From Bacteroidota bacterium (lineage in GTDB: Bacteria > Bacteroidota > Bacteroidia > 2-12-FULL-35-15), in contig JAHEXZ010000020.1 of assembly GCA_023251835.1 (NCBI GenBank), positions 3,694 through 67,693 on the forward strand: DNA of 64,000 bases, written 5' to 3'. A program made the translations under genes and the position numbers. Below the pieces are notes generated by a model, which did not search any database, was not told the DNA's origin, and saw nothing but the letters and a program-made list of their open reading frames with translations. This document shows positions 28,395 to 37,900 of this stretch, piece after piece (position 1 is the stretch's first letter; each line of letters opens with the position of its first letter).

Positions 28395-28739
28395 TTAATT
28401 AGCTAATTCCTTATTTCTGAAGTAATCAACAATAGCCTGTTTCATTAGTTGCAATTGCTGGCCGGGCTTTAATGGTGGAAGCATAGCATTTACTTTCCAA
28501 TGCGGCCATCCTTCTTTATCCATTCCTTCATACTCATAATAGCCGTATGGCGAAAGTAATGTACATATTGCAATATGCATTACATCTAACTTAGCATTCT
28601 TTGAAAGCTTTACAGGACCTTTACCTAACTCCTGTATTCCAATCAAAAATAAAACACCCTCCATATCGATATCTTCACCAAACTGGTTAGTAAGTTTTTT
28701 TACCACCTCTTTAAAATTTTTTTCTAATTCCATATCCAT
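28395..28739 (-). CDS. Conserved hypothetical protein
   Basis: 114-aa ORF, tightly packed (21 nt) behind the upstream radical SAM gene. No motif recognised. Confidence 0.45.
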   Translation of the reverse strand: MDMELEKNFKEVVKKLTNQFGEDIDMEGVLFLIGIQELGKGPVKLSKNAKLDVMHIAICTLLSPYGYYEYEGMDKEGWPHWKVNAMLPPLKPGQQLQLMKQAIVDYFRNKELAN

Positions 28740-28760
28740 TGTAAATCCGCCCGGAAGAAT

Positions 28761-29927
28761 TTATGCCAACAGCCCTTCCTTGCTGAAATCGTAATTGCTG
28801 TAATCTGTAATTACGTTATACAGCGTATCCCGTTCAACAGGTATACGGTTTACCTGTTGAATCATTTCAACTAATTGTTGAGTGGTTAATGCCGGATTTT
28901 GTTCTTCAGACCCTGCCATTGTATATATTTTTGTAGAATCGTCAATAGTTCCATCAATATCATCAACACCAAAAGAAAGCGACAATTGAGCTGTTGTACG
29001 GCCTATCATTGGCCAATATGCTTTGAGGTGTGCAAAATTATCCATATAAATACGTGATACAGCATAGTTACGTAAATCTTCAATTACATCTACCTCTTTC
29101 ATGCCGCTCATTTGGTTAGCTTTATTACGAAACTTTAGCGGGATAAATGTATTAAACCCCTTTGTTTTACCCTGTAAATCGCGTAAGCGATTCATGTGGT
29201 CAATACGATGTTCAAACTTTTCAATATGGCCATACAGCATGGTAGCATTGGAAGGCATACCCAATTTATGAGCTGTTTCATGTATCTCCAGCCATTGAGC
29301 AGAGGTACATTTATCTTCACAGATTTGCTTACGGATGTTTTCATCAAATATTTCAGCTCCACCGCCAGGCAATGAATCCTGACCATGTTCTTTTAAAATA
29401 TGTAAACCTTCTTCATAACTTACTTTTGCTTTGCGACACATATATTCCAGCTCAACGGCAGTAAATGCTTTTACATGTATCTCCGGGCGAATGGTTTTTA
29501 TCTTTTTTATTAAACCTGCAAAGTAATGTAAACCCATTTTAGGATGCACACCACCAACAATGTGTACTTCAGTAACCGGCTTACCATCATACGTTCGGAC
29601 AATATTCAGTATTTCTTCTTCCGATAGCTCCCAGGCTCCTTCTGTTTGCTTTAACAAGCGGGAATAAGAACAAAATTTACAATCGAAAACACAAATATTA
29701 GTTGGTTCAATATGAAAGTTGCGATTGAAATAAACATAATTGCCATGCTTTTTTTCACGTATATGATTAGCAAGGCTTCCCAGATATCCAAGTTCTGCTT
29801 TTTCATATAAAAAGACCCCTTCAGAGGGTGTAATACGCTCCTCCCCGTATACCTTTCCGGCAATATTTTTTAACTCTTCAGAGATAGTGGAATCTGATAA
29901 AATGGATTCAATTTTTTGAGTAACCAT
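28761..29927 (-). CDS. Futalosine-pathway radical SAM enzyme (MqnE/MqnC, CofH-like family)
   Basis: 388 aa. NICVFDCKFCSYS radical SAM cluster (C-x3-C-x2-C). Size and GGGAEIF...ATMLYGH...GVDDIDGT are typical of the MqnE/MqnC family; the subtype cannot be told by eye. Confidence 0.8.
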   Translation of the reverse strand: MVTQKIESILSDSTISEELKNIAGKVYGEERITPSEGVFLYEKAELGYLGSLANHIREKKHGNYVYFNRNFHIEPTNICVFDCKFCSYSRLLKQTEGAWELSEEEILNIVRTYDGKPVTEVHIVGGVHPKMGLHYFAGLIKKIKTIRPEIHVKAFTAVELEYMCRKAKVSYEEGLHILKEHGQDSLPGGGAEIFDENIRKQICEDKCTSAQWLEIHETAHKLGMPSNATMLYGHIEKFEHRIDHMNRLRDLQGKTKGFNTFIPLKFRNKANQMSGMKEVDVIEDLRNYAVSRIYMDNFAHLKAYWPMIGRTTAQLSLSFGVDDIDGTIDDSTKIYTMAGSEEQNPALTTQQLVEMIQQVNRIPVERDTLYNVITDYSNYDFSKEGLLA

Positions 29928-29947
29928 TGTGGGATGTATTTATGTTG

Positions 29948-29955
29948 CGAAGTTA
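29948..29955 (-). promoter_or_regulatory. Candidate -7 box (TAACTTCG on coding strand) upstream of the Mqn radical SAM gene
   Basis: Coding strand reads CGTAACTTCGCAAC 21-28 nt upstream of the ATG at 29927. The same CGTAACTTCGCAA string recurs upstream of rseP. Confidence 0.3.
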
Positions 29956-30015
29956 CGGTTTTGTAGCCAGAATATGGTTATTATTAAACGGAAAAACCAG
30001 TACCTTTACATAGTT

Positions 30016-30708
30016 ATGAATGACAAACACCTCCTTTTAGTAGAAGATGAAGAACATCTTTTAAAAATCATACAGTTGAACCTGGAACTGGAAGGATATA
30101 GTGTAACCACTGCTATTACAGGAATTGAAGCTTTAAAAGAATTCAGGAAATCACATTTTGATTTGGTAATATTAGATGTAATGCTTCCGGAAATACATGG
30201 CTTTGATGTGTGTGAAGAAATACGCAAAGAAAACACACAGGTGGCTATTTTATTTTTAACTGCAAAAGGCTCGAGCAGTGACAGGATTCGTGGGTTGAAG
30301 CTGGGAGCTGATGACTACCTGACCAAGCCTTTTAACCTGGAGGAATTGCTGTTGCGGGTCCATATTCTTCTGAAGCGTAGCAAGACTACAACTGAAAAGG
30401 AACTGGAACAGTACACATTTGATGATAATGAGGTTAATTTTAAAACCTATGAGATTAAAGGTGTAAATGGAAAGAAAGTTGAAATTAGCAAACGGGAGAT
30501 AGCATTGTTAAAACTATTGATTGAGCATGCAGGCAAAGTAGTTTCAAGAGAAGAAATTCTGGATACGGTTTGGGGAAAGGAGGCCTATCCATCTTCAAGA
30601 ACAATTGATAATTATATTCTCGCTTTCCGCAAATATTTCGAAAAGAAACAAAAGGAACCACAACATTTTCATTCTATACGTGGGGTAGGTTATAAGTTTA
30701 CCGAATAA
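30016..30708 (+). CDS. OmpR-family response regulator (receiver + winged-helix)
   Basis: Best start is MNDKHLLLVEDEEHL (ATG 30016); the ORF track's 29929 start adds a non-homologous extension. Motifs DLVILDVMLPE, LTAKG, and C-terminal RTIDNYI...IRGVGYKF. Confidence 0.9.
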   Translation: MNDKHLLLVEDEEHLLKIIQLNLELEGYSVTTAITGIEALKEFRKSHFDLVILDVMLPEIHGFDVCEEIRKENTQVAILFLTAKGSSSDRIRGLKLGADDYLTKPFNLEELLLRVHILLKRSKTTTEKELEQYTFDDNEVNFKTYEIKGVNGKKVEISKREIALLKLLIEHAGKVVSREEILDTVWGKEAYPSSRTIDNYILAFRKYFEKKQKEPQHFHSIRGVGYKFTE

Positions 30709-30710
30709 AT

Positions 30711-31499
30711 TTATTTTTTTTGCCCGGCTGTCTCAGAAGCTGGTTTTACAGCGGCTGCGAGCTTCCCTGTAATATAGGTAGCAATTGGGGAAAAACTAAG
30801 TGAAACAATCTTTTTAGGATCATTTTCCTTAGATGAAAACTGAGAAGTGGCAACTCCTGCAGAAATATTTTTTCCTGTTTTATCCAATATAGAATAATGT
30901 ACGGTCACCTCTCTCATATAGGCATCTGTAGTGAGATTATAAGATTCTGCATTGTTTACAATATCCAGTTGATTTATAAAAATAAAGTAGTTGGATTTAT
31001 ATTTTTTGTTCAGATAATCGAGCAATTTAGGGTCATTTATTTTTGTATTCATAAACTTTTTATCTGTGCTGGCTTCAACTACAATTTGTCCGTTTTTGAT
31101 TCCATTTTGTTTTGCAACAAGCGTTTTTGGATTGGGATCGGAAACCAAATCATAAGACAAATTAATTGAGCTGTAGATATATGCCAGGTCTTTTGCCATT
31201 TTTGCAGAATCTGAATAAAAAGAAACAACAGGTGCAATGCTCTGTAATTTAAGTTTCAATTGAGTATTTAGTTGCTGGCGAAAATTTTCACGTATTTTTT
31301 CAAACTTCCATTTTGTTTGCTGATTGATTTTCATATCAATATCGCTCATATACAATCTGGGTTCAAAAGGGATAATCATTATTTTTTCTATAGCAGCAGA
31401 GGTGTTTGTCTGGGTGGTACGTGTGCTTTCCTGTGCAAAAGAAAAGTGCACTATAAAACAAAATAAAATGAGAGTACTATTTTTTTTGTGTCCAGTCAT
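30711..31499 (-). CDS. Hypothetical secreted protein
   Basis: 262 aa with an N-terminal signal peptide (FCFIVHFSFAQ). No motif recognised. Confidence 0.5.
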   Translation of the reverse strand: MTGHKKNSTLILFCFIVHFSFAQESTRTTQTNTSAAIEKIMIIPFEPRLYMSDIDMKINQQTKWKFEKIRENFRQQLNTQLKLKLQSIAPVVSFYSDSAKMAKDLAYIYSSINLSYDLVSDPNPKTLVAKQNGIKNGQIVVEASTDKKFMNTKINDPKLLDYLNKKYKSNYFIFINQLDIVNNAESYNLTTDAYMREVTVHYSILDKTGKNISAGVATSQFSSKENDPKKIVSLSFSPIATYITGKLAAAVKPASETAGQKK

Positions 31500-31533
31500 T
31501 TACAACGAATAAGGATGTGAAGGAATAAAAAAA

Positions 31534-31608
31534 CTACCCACAGTCTTCGAGAGACTCAGACTGACTGCGCGCTGGTCATATTGAGTGCTTTCGAAATATG
31601 TGCGTAGC
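31534..31608. repeat. Degenerate internal fragment of the MITE-like element (opposite orientation, no terminal repeats)
   Basis: Its reverse complement gctacgcacatatttcgaaagcactcaatatgaccagcgcgcagtcagtc...tcgaagactgtgggtag aligns to the core of 15262-15438, with blocks of 15, 10 and 12 identical nt. Confidence 0.6.
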
Positions 31609-31655
31609 TTTTTAACTTAATGACATTGCCCGATGGTTATCGTTATTCGTAGAAA

Positions 31656-32975
31656 TTATTTATTAAACAATCGCACAACATCATTACCGTTGGCGTACAA
31701 CAACAATGCCAATAATACCATCATACCGGCATACTGTGCGTATTCCATAAATTTTTCATTGGGTTTTCTGCGGGTAACTACTTCATATAACAAAAACATT
31801 ACATGTCCGCCATCCAATGCAGGTATAGGTAATATATTCATAATGGCAAGGACAATACTTAAAAATGCAGTAAATGCCCAAAAACGTTGCCAGTCCCAGG
31901 TAGTGCTATATGCTTTACCCATGGCAACAAAGCCACCCAATTCTTTGTGTGCGTCTTTTACGGTGAAAAGAACTTTTAATTGTTTAATATATCCATCAAA
32001 TGTTTCATACGCCTTGTTAATGCCTGCCGGGAAAGCCGTAAAAAAACTATACTCTCTGGTTTCAAAAGTAAAATAGTTATCTAATGATTTGGGCCCGATT
32101 CCGAGCTTTCCTTCGTCAGATACTGTTGCAGTTGCAGTAATACTGTCGTTGTTGCGAAGAAGTGCTATTTCTACGGGAAGATTTTTGTTATTCTTCAGTA
32201 TTTTAACAACATCCTGGTAATATGGAGTAGAAGCGTTGTTGATAGCAATTATTTTATCTCCTTTTTTTATGCCTGCGGCAGCAGCGGATTTATCAGGAAG
32301 TACTGTATCAATATCAAACGGGAAGCGAGGTTCAACAAGTGTGTATTTATTTTTTATCATTTCGCTTAAATCGTCTTCGGTAACGGTAATATCCATTTTT
32401 TGTCCATCACGCTCTACCTGTATGCTTTTAGCTTTATTGATAAGCACTTCATAAGGCACTTTCGTGATACTTTCAACAGATTTATTATCAACTGAAAGTA
32501 TTTTATCACCATCCCTCATGCCCATTTGCCAGGCCAACGTATCAACCGCTACGCCATTTGTAACGTTTTTTGTAGGCAGGTATTCCTCCCCCCAGGCAAA
32601 TAATACCATTGCATAAATCAATATTCCAAGTATTACATTTACTGTAACTCCGCCTACCATAATGATAAGGCGTTGCCATGCCGGTTTTGAACGAAATTCC
32701 CAGGGTTGTGGAGGTTGTTTCATCTGTTCTTTGTCCATAGATTCATCAATCATTCCTGCAATTTTGACATAACCACCCAGAGGCAGCCAGCCAATACCGT
32801 ATTCGGTTTCTCCTTTTTTTACTTTAAAGAGGGAAAACCAGGGATCAAAAAACAGATAAAATTTTTCTATTTTGGTTTTAAATAGTTTAGCTGGTATAAA
32901 GTGCCCCAACTCATGTAAAACAATAAGTATTGAGAGACTTAATATAAACTGCAATGCTTGTGTTACTACTTCCAT
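31656..32975 (-). CDS. rseP: RIP metalloprotease RseP (site-2 protease)
   Basis: 439 aa. HELGHF zinc motif at the N-terminus, PDZ region, and C-terminal NILPIPALDGGH. Confidence 0.9.
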   Translation of the reverse strand: MEVVTQALQFILSLSILIVLHELGHFIPAKLFKTKIEKFYLFFDPWFSLFKVKKGETEYGIGWLPLGGYVKIAGMIDESMDKEQMKQPPQPWEFRSKPAWQRLIIMVGGVTVNVILGILIYAMVLFAWGEEYLPTKNVTNGVAVDTLAWQMGMRDGDKILSVDNKSVESITKVPYEVLINKAKSIQVERDGQKMDITVTEDDLSEMIKNKYTLVEPRFPFDIDTVLPDKSAAAAGIKKGDKIIAINNASTPYYQDVVKILKNNKNLPVEIALLRNNDSITATATVSDEGKLGIGPKSLDNYFTFETREYSFFTAFPAGINKAYETFDGYIKQLKVLFTVKDAHKELGGFVAMGKAYSTTWDWQRFWAFTAFLSIVLAIMNILPIPALDGGHVMFLLYEVVTRRKPNEKFMEYAQYAGMMVLLALLLYANGNDVVRLFNK

Positions 32976-33010
32976 AGGTTACGGATAACTAATTATTACG
33001 AATTTGTTTG

Positions 33011-33018
33011 CGAAGTTA
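33011..33018 (-). promoter_or_regulatory. Candidate -7 box (TAACTTCG on coding strand) upstream of rseP
   Basis: GATTCGTAACTTCGCAAAC on the coding strand, 36-43 nt upstream of the ATG at 32975. Confidence 0.3.
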
Positions 33019-33052
33019 CGAATCTTTTCAGGTAATGTTGATTGCTGACTTG

Positions 33053-34234
33053 TTAAATAGATTTAATTAGCATAGAGCTTGAGATCAGTTCGGCAGCTAC
33101 TATTCTTGTTTCTTTATTTGTATTAATATAATCCTCATAGCCGGGTTTACTTATAAAATGAATAGTTTGCAGGCATTTTTCCACCAAATCACCCATCTGC
33201 AAAAATCCGATTTTGTCTTTTAAAAATGCATCTACGGCTATTTCATTTGCTGCATTTAAAATGCAAGGAGAGTTACCGCCTTTTTTAAGTGCTTCATAGG
33301 CTAAGGATAAGTTCCGGAATGTATTGGTATCAGCAGGTTCAAATGTTAATTGCGGATAATTCATAAAATTAAAACGAGAGAAATCTGATTTTATGCGTTG
33401 CGGGTAGCTCATCGCATATTGAATAGGAAGTTTCATATCAGGTAATCCCATCTGGGCTTTCATGCTGCCATCGGTAAACTGAACGATAGAGTGAATAATA
33501 CTTTGTGGGTGTATAATAACATCAATCTGTTCAACAGCCAATCCAAACAACCATTTGGCTTCAATCACTTCTAATCCTTTGTTCATAAGGGATGCAGAGT
33601 CAATAGTAATTTTAGCCCCCATCTCCCAATTAGGGTGTTTTAGCGCCTGTTCTTTTTTTACATCTTTCAGAAAATCTCTATTTTTTCCCCTGAAAGGCCC
33701 ACCGGAAGCTGTCAGGTATATTTTTTCAATCGGGTTGTGAAATTCCCCGGCAAGGCACTGAAAAATGGCTGAATGTTCCGAATCAACAGGATATATATTA
33801 ACACCATTTTCTTTTGCCAGTGTTGTAACTAAATCACCCGCAACAACTAATGTTTCTTTATTGGCCAGGGCTATCTGCTTTCCTGCTTCAATAGCTGAAA
33901 GTGTTGATTCAAGCCCTGCATAACCAACAATAGCAGCAATTACCATGTCAATACTATCCATTTTAGCTACTTCTGCAATGGACTTATTGCCTGCATATAC
34001 TTTGATGTCATAAGGCTGTAAAGCCTGTTTCACATATAAATATTTACTTTCATCGGCTATTACAACCGTATTGGGGTTAAACTCAATTGCTTGTTTAATG
34101 AGTAAATCGACATTATCATTACCAGTAAGTACTTCTACAGTAAATTTATCGGTATTGGCGCGAATAACGTCTAATGCCTGTGTTCCGATAGAGCCGGTTG
34201 AGCCGAATATTGCTATATTTTTGTGCGTGTTCAA
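33053..34234 (-). CDS. dxr: 1-deoxy-D-xylulose 5-phosphate reductoisomerase
   Basis: 393 aa. IAIFGSTGSIGTQALDV, LANKETLV, PVDSEHSAIFQC and NAANE. Confidence 0.95.
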   Translation of the reverse strand: MNTHKNIAIFGSTGSIGTQALDVIRANTDKFTVEVLTGNDNVDLLIKQAIEFNPNTVVIADESKYLYVKQALQPYDIKVYAGNKSIAEVAKMDSIDMVIAAIVGYAGLESTLSAIEAGKQIALANKETLVVAGDLVTTLAKENGVNIYPVDSEHSAIFQCLAGEFHNPIEKIYLTASGGPFRGKNRDFLKDVKKEQALKHPNWEMGAKITIDSASLMNKGLEVIEAKWLFGLAVEQIDVIIHPQSIIHSIVQFTDGSMKAQMGLPDMKLPIQYAMSYPQRIKSDFSRFNFMNYPQLTFEPADTNTFRNLSLAYEALKKGGNSPCILNAANEIAVDAFLKDKIGFLQMGDLVEKCLQTIHFISKPGYEDYINTNKETRIVAAELISSSMLIKSI

Positions 34235-34295
34235 TTATTTTGTGTTTTTCTTGTATAATTTATAGTCTAAGGACGCAAATTGCGACCTTTTGTTC

Positions 34296-35165
34296 CTAAA
34301 ACACCATATAATCCTGCGGATCAATGGGGTTGCCGTTATACCACAATTCAAAATGCAAATGAGGACCCGTGGTTTGTTCTCCTGAATTTCCAATAATAGC
34401 AATAGGATCACCAGCCTTAACGTAATCACCTATTTTTTTTAATAATACAGAGTTATGTTTATATACTGATATTAGATTATTGGTGTGCTGTACTGTAATT
34501 GTATAGCCTGTTTCTGATGACCAGGTAGCCAAGATTACAGTACCATCCAACGTGCTTTTTATAGCTTCATTTTCAGGGCCTACTATATCAATGCCGTAGT
34601 GCTGCTCGCTTGCTTTAAATGAGTTAGAAACAATACCTTTTAGCGGAGTAAAAAATGAAAAATTAGAAATCGCATTTTTATTAGTTTCTGTTTCATAACT
34701 GAGGCTGTAGCGGTCTTGTGCTTCTATATTTTTTCTCAATTCGGCTTCATCTTCTGAAGCACCCATTTGTAGTTTGCCGTATTCTTTGTTCTTGTCTGGC
34801 CGGTTTTGAGCGCTGTCGGATTTAATGTTACCCTTTAATACATTACCAATATTTGCAATGAAAGCATTTTGTTCGATAAGTGATTTTTCCAATGAATCGC
34901 TTTTAAAAGTAATACGAATGAGGTTTCTGCGTATTCCTGCATCGGCATAACCCGGGATATATTCACGTAAAGGAGTAAAAGCGATAAGAGAAGTTACAAG
35001 CATTACCATAACAATGGTAATAGCTCCTAATAAAATAAACAATCCTAATGGGGTAAGGCGTAATGAGAAATTTTCTTCAAATGTATCATCATTCATTACC
35101 ACCAACCGGTAGCGATTGCGTAAGCGTTGTATAAGTTTACTTTTTTTGTCCTCCTTACTTGCCAT
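34296..35165 (-). CDS. M23 family metallopeptidase
   Basis: Likely start at MASKEDKK (ATG complement 35163-35165), then a TM helix. Catalytic HYGIDIV...GPHLHFELWYNGNPIDP. The track ORF extends to 35267 without homology. Confidence 0.85.
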   Translation of the reverse strand: MASKEDKKSKLIQRLRNRYRLVVMNDDTFEENFSLRLTPLGLFILLGAITIVMVMLVTSLIAFTPLREYIPGYADAGIRRNLIRITFKSDSLEKSLIEQNAFIANIGNVLKGNIKSDSAQNRPDKNKEYGKLQMGASEDEAELRKNIEAQDRYSLSYETETNKNAISNFSFFTPLKGIVSNSFKASEQHYGIDIVGPENEAIKSTLDGTVILATWSSETGYTITVQHTNNLISVYKHNSVLLKKIGDYVKAGDPIAIIGNSGEQTTGPHLHFELWYNGNPIDPQDYMVF

Positions 35166-35271
35166 ATTTACAAATATCGTAATTTTTTTGTAAGAGCTAG
35201 GGATAAAGGAGCCGTTGATATTAAAAGAAGATGGCGGGATAAGGGAAGCGAATTGTTTTGTAACCAAAATG

Positions 35272-35763
35272 TTACGGCACTATTATTTCATTAGTTGTAA
35301 CGATGTTACTTTTATGTCCGGACCGGTCTTTTAATGTGATTTCAAATTTCACCACATCATGTGGTCCAAATATCGGGGCAGCTCTGAGCTTTATTTTAAT
35401 TTCACCGTCTAATGCTTTGTATTGGCCGTCAGGAGTGAGATAGGGCACACGATAGCTGTAAAACAATGTATCGAATTGTGGAGTTCCAAAAGAAGAATCA
35501 ACAGGTATAAATTCTCCATTGGTATCTTTATACAAGTATTTCATTTTTAAATCGTCTTCAGAAGTCAGGTCACCTGTGGGGATACCGATATCTCCATCAC
35601 CATCCTGAAAAGTAATGTAACAATCTGCAGAATCGTTACCGAAGGTTACAAACTGTTCAAACTTAATAACAGGCTGTGGAGGAAAATGTTTTTCTTTTAC
35701 ACAGGATGTTATTAAAGTGCCAGCAACAATAAGAAGAAAAAATATATACACAAATTGTTTCAT
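35272..35763 (-). CDS. Hypothetical lipoprotein
   Basis: 163 aa with lipobox LITSC. No motif recognised. Confidence 0.5.
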   Translation of the reverse strand: MKQFVYIFFLLIVAGTLITSCVKEKHFPPQPVIKFEQFVTFGNDSADCYITFQDGDGDIGIPTGDLTSEDDLKMKYLYKDTNGEFIPVDSSFGTPQFDTLFYSYRVPYLTPDGQYKALDGEIKIKLRAAPIFGPHDVVKFEITLKDRSGHKSNIVTTNEIIVP

Positions 35764-35887
35764 CGGCAGAAAATAGAATACATAAAATTATTAATTATTT
35801 TTGAGGAAAGCAATTTATGAACTTGCGAATTACGAATTTTAACGAATTGCGGCTAAAATAAGATGCCTGACAGAGTTTATTAATTGT

Positions 35888-36895
35888 ATGTATAACATCA
35901 AAAATTCAAATCAAATACAAATTATAGATACCATTTTTGGTATAAATACACCGGAACAATTCAGGGATGCAGCTTTAGCAATTTTTAATTACCAGGTTGC
36001 TGAAAATGAAGTTTACCGTGATTTTGTATCGGGCATGAAAATTAAACCTTCCGGAATTGCTGAACTGGAAGACATTCCATTTTTACCTATAGAATTTTTT
36101 AAAACACATAAAGTAATTACCAATGCTGTTGATAAGAAACGGAAGGTTCAATTTTTTACCAGCAGTGGTGTTATACAAAGCCGGCATTATGTGAAGCATT
36201 TGGCAATTTATGAACGAAGTTATAAGCAGGGGTTTGAGTATTTCTATGGAAATATAAAAGACTATTGTATTTTGGCTTTACTTCCTTCTTATATGGAGCG
36301 TGGAGGCTCTTCACTGGTTTATATGGTCAACGATCTAATCAGATATACTGAACATCCATCAAGTGGATTCTATCTGCACAATTATGATGAGTTAATTTTT
36401 AAGCTGAAAGAGTTGGAACAACAAAAACAGAAAACTATTTTATTGGGTGTGACGTATGCTTTGTTGAATCTGATTGAAGAAAAAAAAATTCAGTTGAATC
36501 ATACAATCATTATGGAAACAGGTGGTATGAAAGGAAAACGAAAGGAAATGGTAAGAGAAGAGTTACATTCTGTTTTGTGTAAAGGTTTTGGAGTAAATGT
36601 AATTCATAGTGAGTATGGAATGACTGAATTATTATCTCAGGCTTATTCAAAAGGAAATGGAATGTTTTATTGTCCGCCCTGGATGAAACTATTAATAAGG
36701 GATACAAACGATCCTTTATCGATTCTAAAAGAAAATAAAACAGGAGGCATCAATATCATTGATCTTGCAAATATTAATTCCTGCTCTTTTATTGCTACCC
36801 AGGATTTGGGAAAAACTTATTCTGATACTTCTTTTGAAATACTCGGAAGGTTTGATAACAGTGATTTGAGAGGATGTAATCTGCTTTTGGAATAA
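35888..36895 (+). CDS. LuxE/PaaK-like acyl-protein synthetase (adenylate-forming) family protein
   Basis: 335 aa. The N-terminal pattern ALAIFNYQVAENEVYRDF...IPFLPIEFFKTHKV and later TSSG...ETGGMKG are typical of this Bacteroidota family. Confidence 0.55.
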   Translation: MYNIKNSNQIQIIDTIFGINTPEQFRDAALAIFNYQVAENEVYRDFVSGMKIKPSGIAELEDIPFLPIEFFKTHKVITNAVDKKRKVQFFTSSGVIQSRHYVKHLAIYERSYKQGFEYFYGNIKDYCILALLPSYMERGGSSLVYMVNDLIRYTEHPSSGFYLHNYDELIFKLKELEQQKQKTILLGVTYALLNLIEEKKIQLNHTIIMETGGMKGKRKEMVREELHSVLCKGFGVNVIHSEYGMTELLSQAYSKGNGMFYCPPWMKLLIRDTNDPLSILKENKTGGINIIDLANINSCSFIATQDLGKTYSDTSFEILGRFDNSDLRGCNLLLE

Positions 36896-37053
36896 AATGC
36901 CTGCAATTGAAATATACACTTTCTTCTTTAAACAATAATTTATATCATTCAGTCGTTTATACAGTATAAAGCGACTTCCATGGCATAAGTTTTTACTTTT
37001 TAATATTTGGTGAAGGACTAAATAAATAAGTAAAAACTTATACACTTTTCGCT

Positions 37054-37761
37054 ATGGAGTACAGACCATCATTACTTACAATTTTACTAATCTGGTTTTT
37101 ATTTGGCTTCAGTAGTTCAAAATCTCAGGAACACTATATAGAGCAAGTAAAAGAATTAAAACATTATGATGTAATTATAGTGCCTGGGGTTCCTTATAAA
37201 GATCCAACATTAGAGATAGTGCTCAAAGCGAGAATACTTTGGGCAAAGTATTTGTTCGACAATAACATCGCTAGAAACATAATATTCTCTGGTGCTGCTG
37301 TGTATAACCCATATATTGAAGGGGTGGTGATGAGGATATATGCTGATTCACTTCATATTCCGTCTTCACATACATTTTCAGAAACCCGTGCTGAACACAG
37401 TACAGAAAACATTTATTATTCTTTGCTGATGGCAAGACAATTGGGTTTTAAGAAAATTGCCGTTGCAACGGATCGGTATCAGGCAATCGTTATAAAAAAA
37501 TTCATGGGAAAAAATTGCCCTGATGTAGAAATGGCATTAATTGAATATAAAAAAATAGATTTAATTACTGCTCCATGGCCTGAAATTGACCCTTCTTCAG
37601 CATGTGTTGATAATTTTATTTCCTTAACCATGAGAGAAAGTCCTATAAAACGTTTTATGGGTACACTTGGTAAAAATATTAACTATACAGAATGTGATAC
37701 AGGAAGCTATCAACAAAGAAAGTCGGTGTTTCCAATAGCCGGACTAAATATGTTTCATTAA
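37054..37761 (+). CDS. DUF218 (YdcF/ElyC/SanA-like) family protein
   Basis: 235 aa with a signal peptide. VIIVPGVPYKD...IIFSGAAVY...TENIYYS matches the DUF218 pattern. Confidence 0.6.
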   Translation: MEYRPSLLTILLIWFLFGFSSSKSQEHYIEQVKELKHYDVIIVPGVPYKDPTLEIVLKARILWAKYLFDNNIARNIIFSGAAVYNPYIEGVVMRIYADSLHIPSSHTFSETRAEHSTENIYYSLLMARQLGFKKIAVATDRYQAIVIKKFMGKNCPDVEMALIEYKKIDLITAPWPEIDPSSACVDNFISLTMRESPIKRFMGTLGKNINYTECDTGSYQQRKSVFPIAGLNMFH

Positions 37762-37900
37762 TTCTTATCGTTTATTACTTAAATAACTTCTCTTTTTTAT
37801 CTACCCCCGTTTTTTGATACTGTCTATATACCACAGACTTTAAAAAGCTATAAGAATGAATAATTTATGATGAATTAAAATTATTCTTATATTAGCCTGT

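Noticed and set aside
31633-32076. 147-aa plus-strand ORF
   Set aside because: Antisense to the well-supported rseP gene, with no motifs. The same reasoning applies to 59490-59717 (antisense hemE), 16313-16996 (antisense pfkA), 20532-21348 (antisense rlmN) and 60180-60512.
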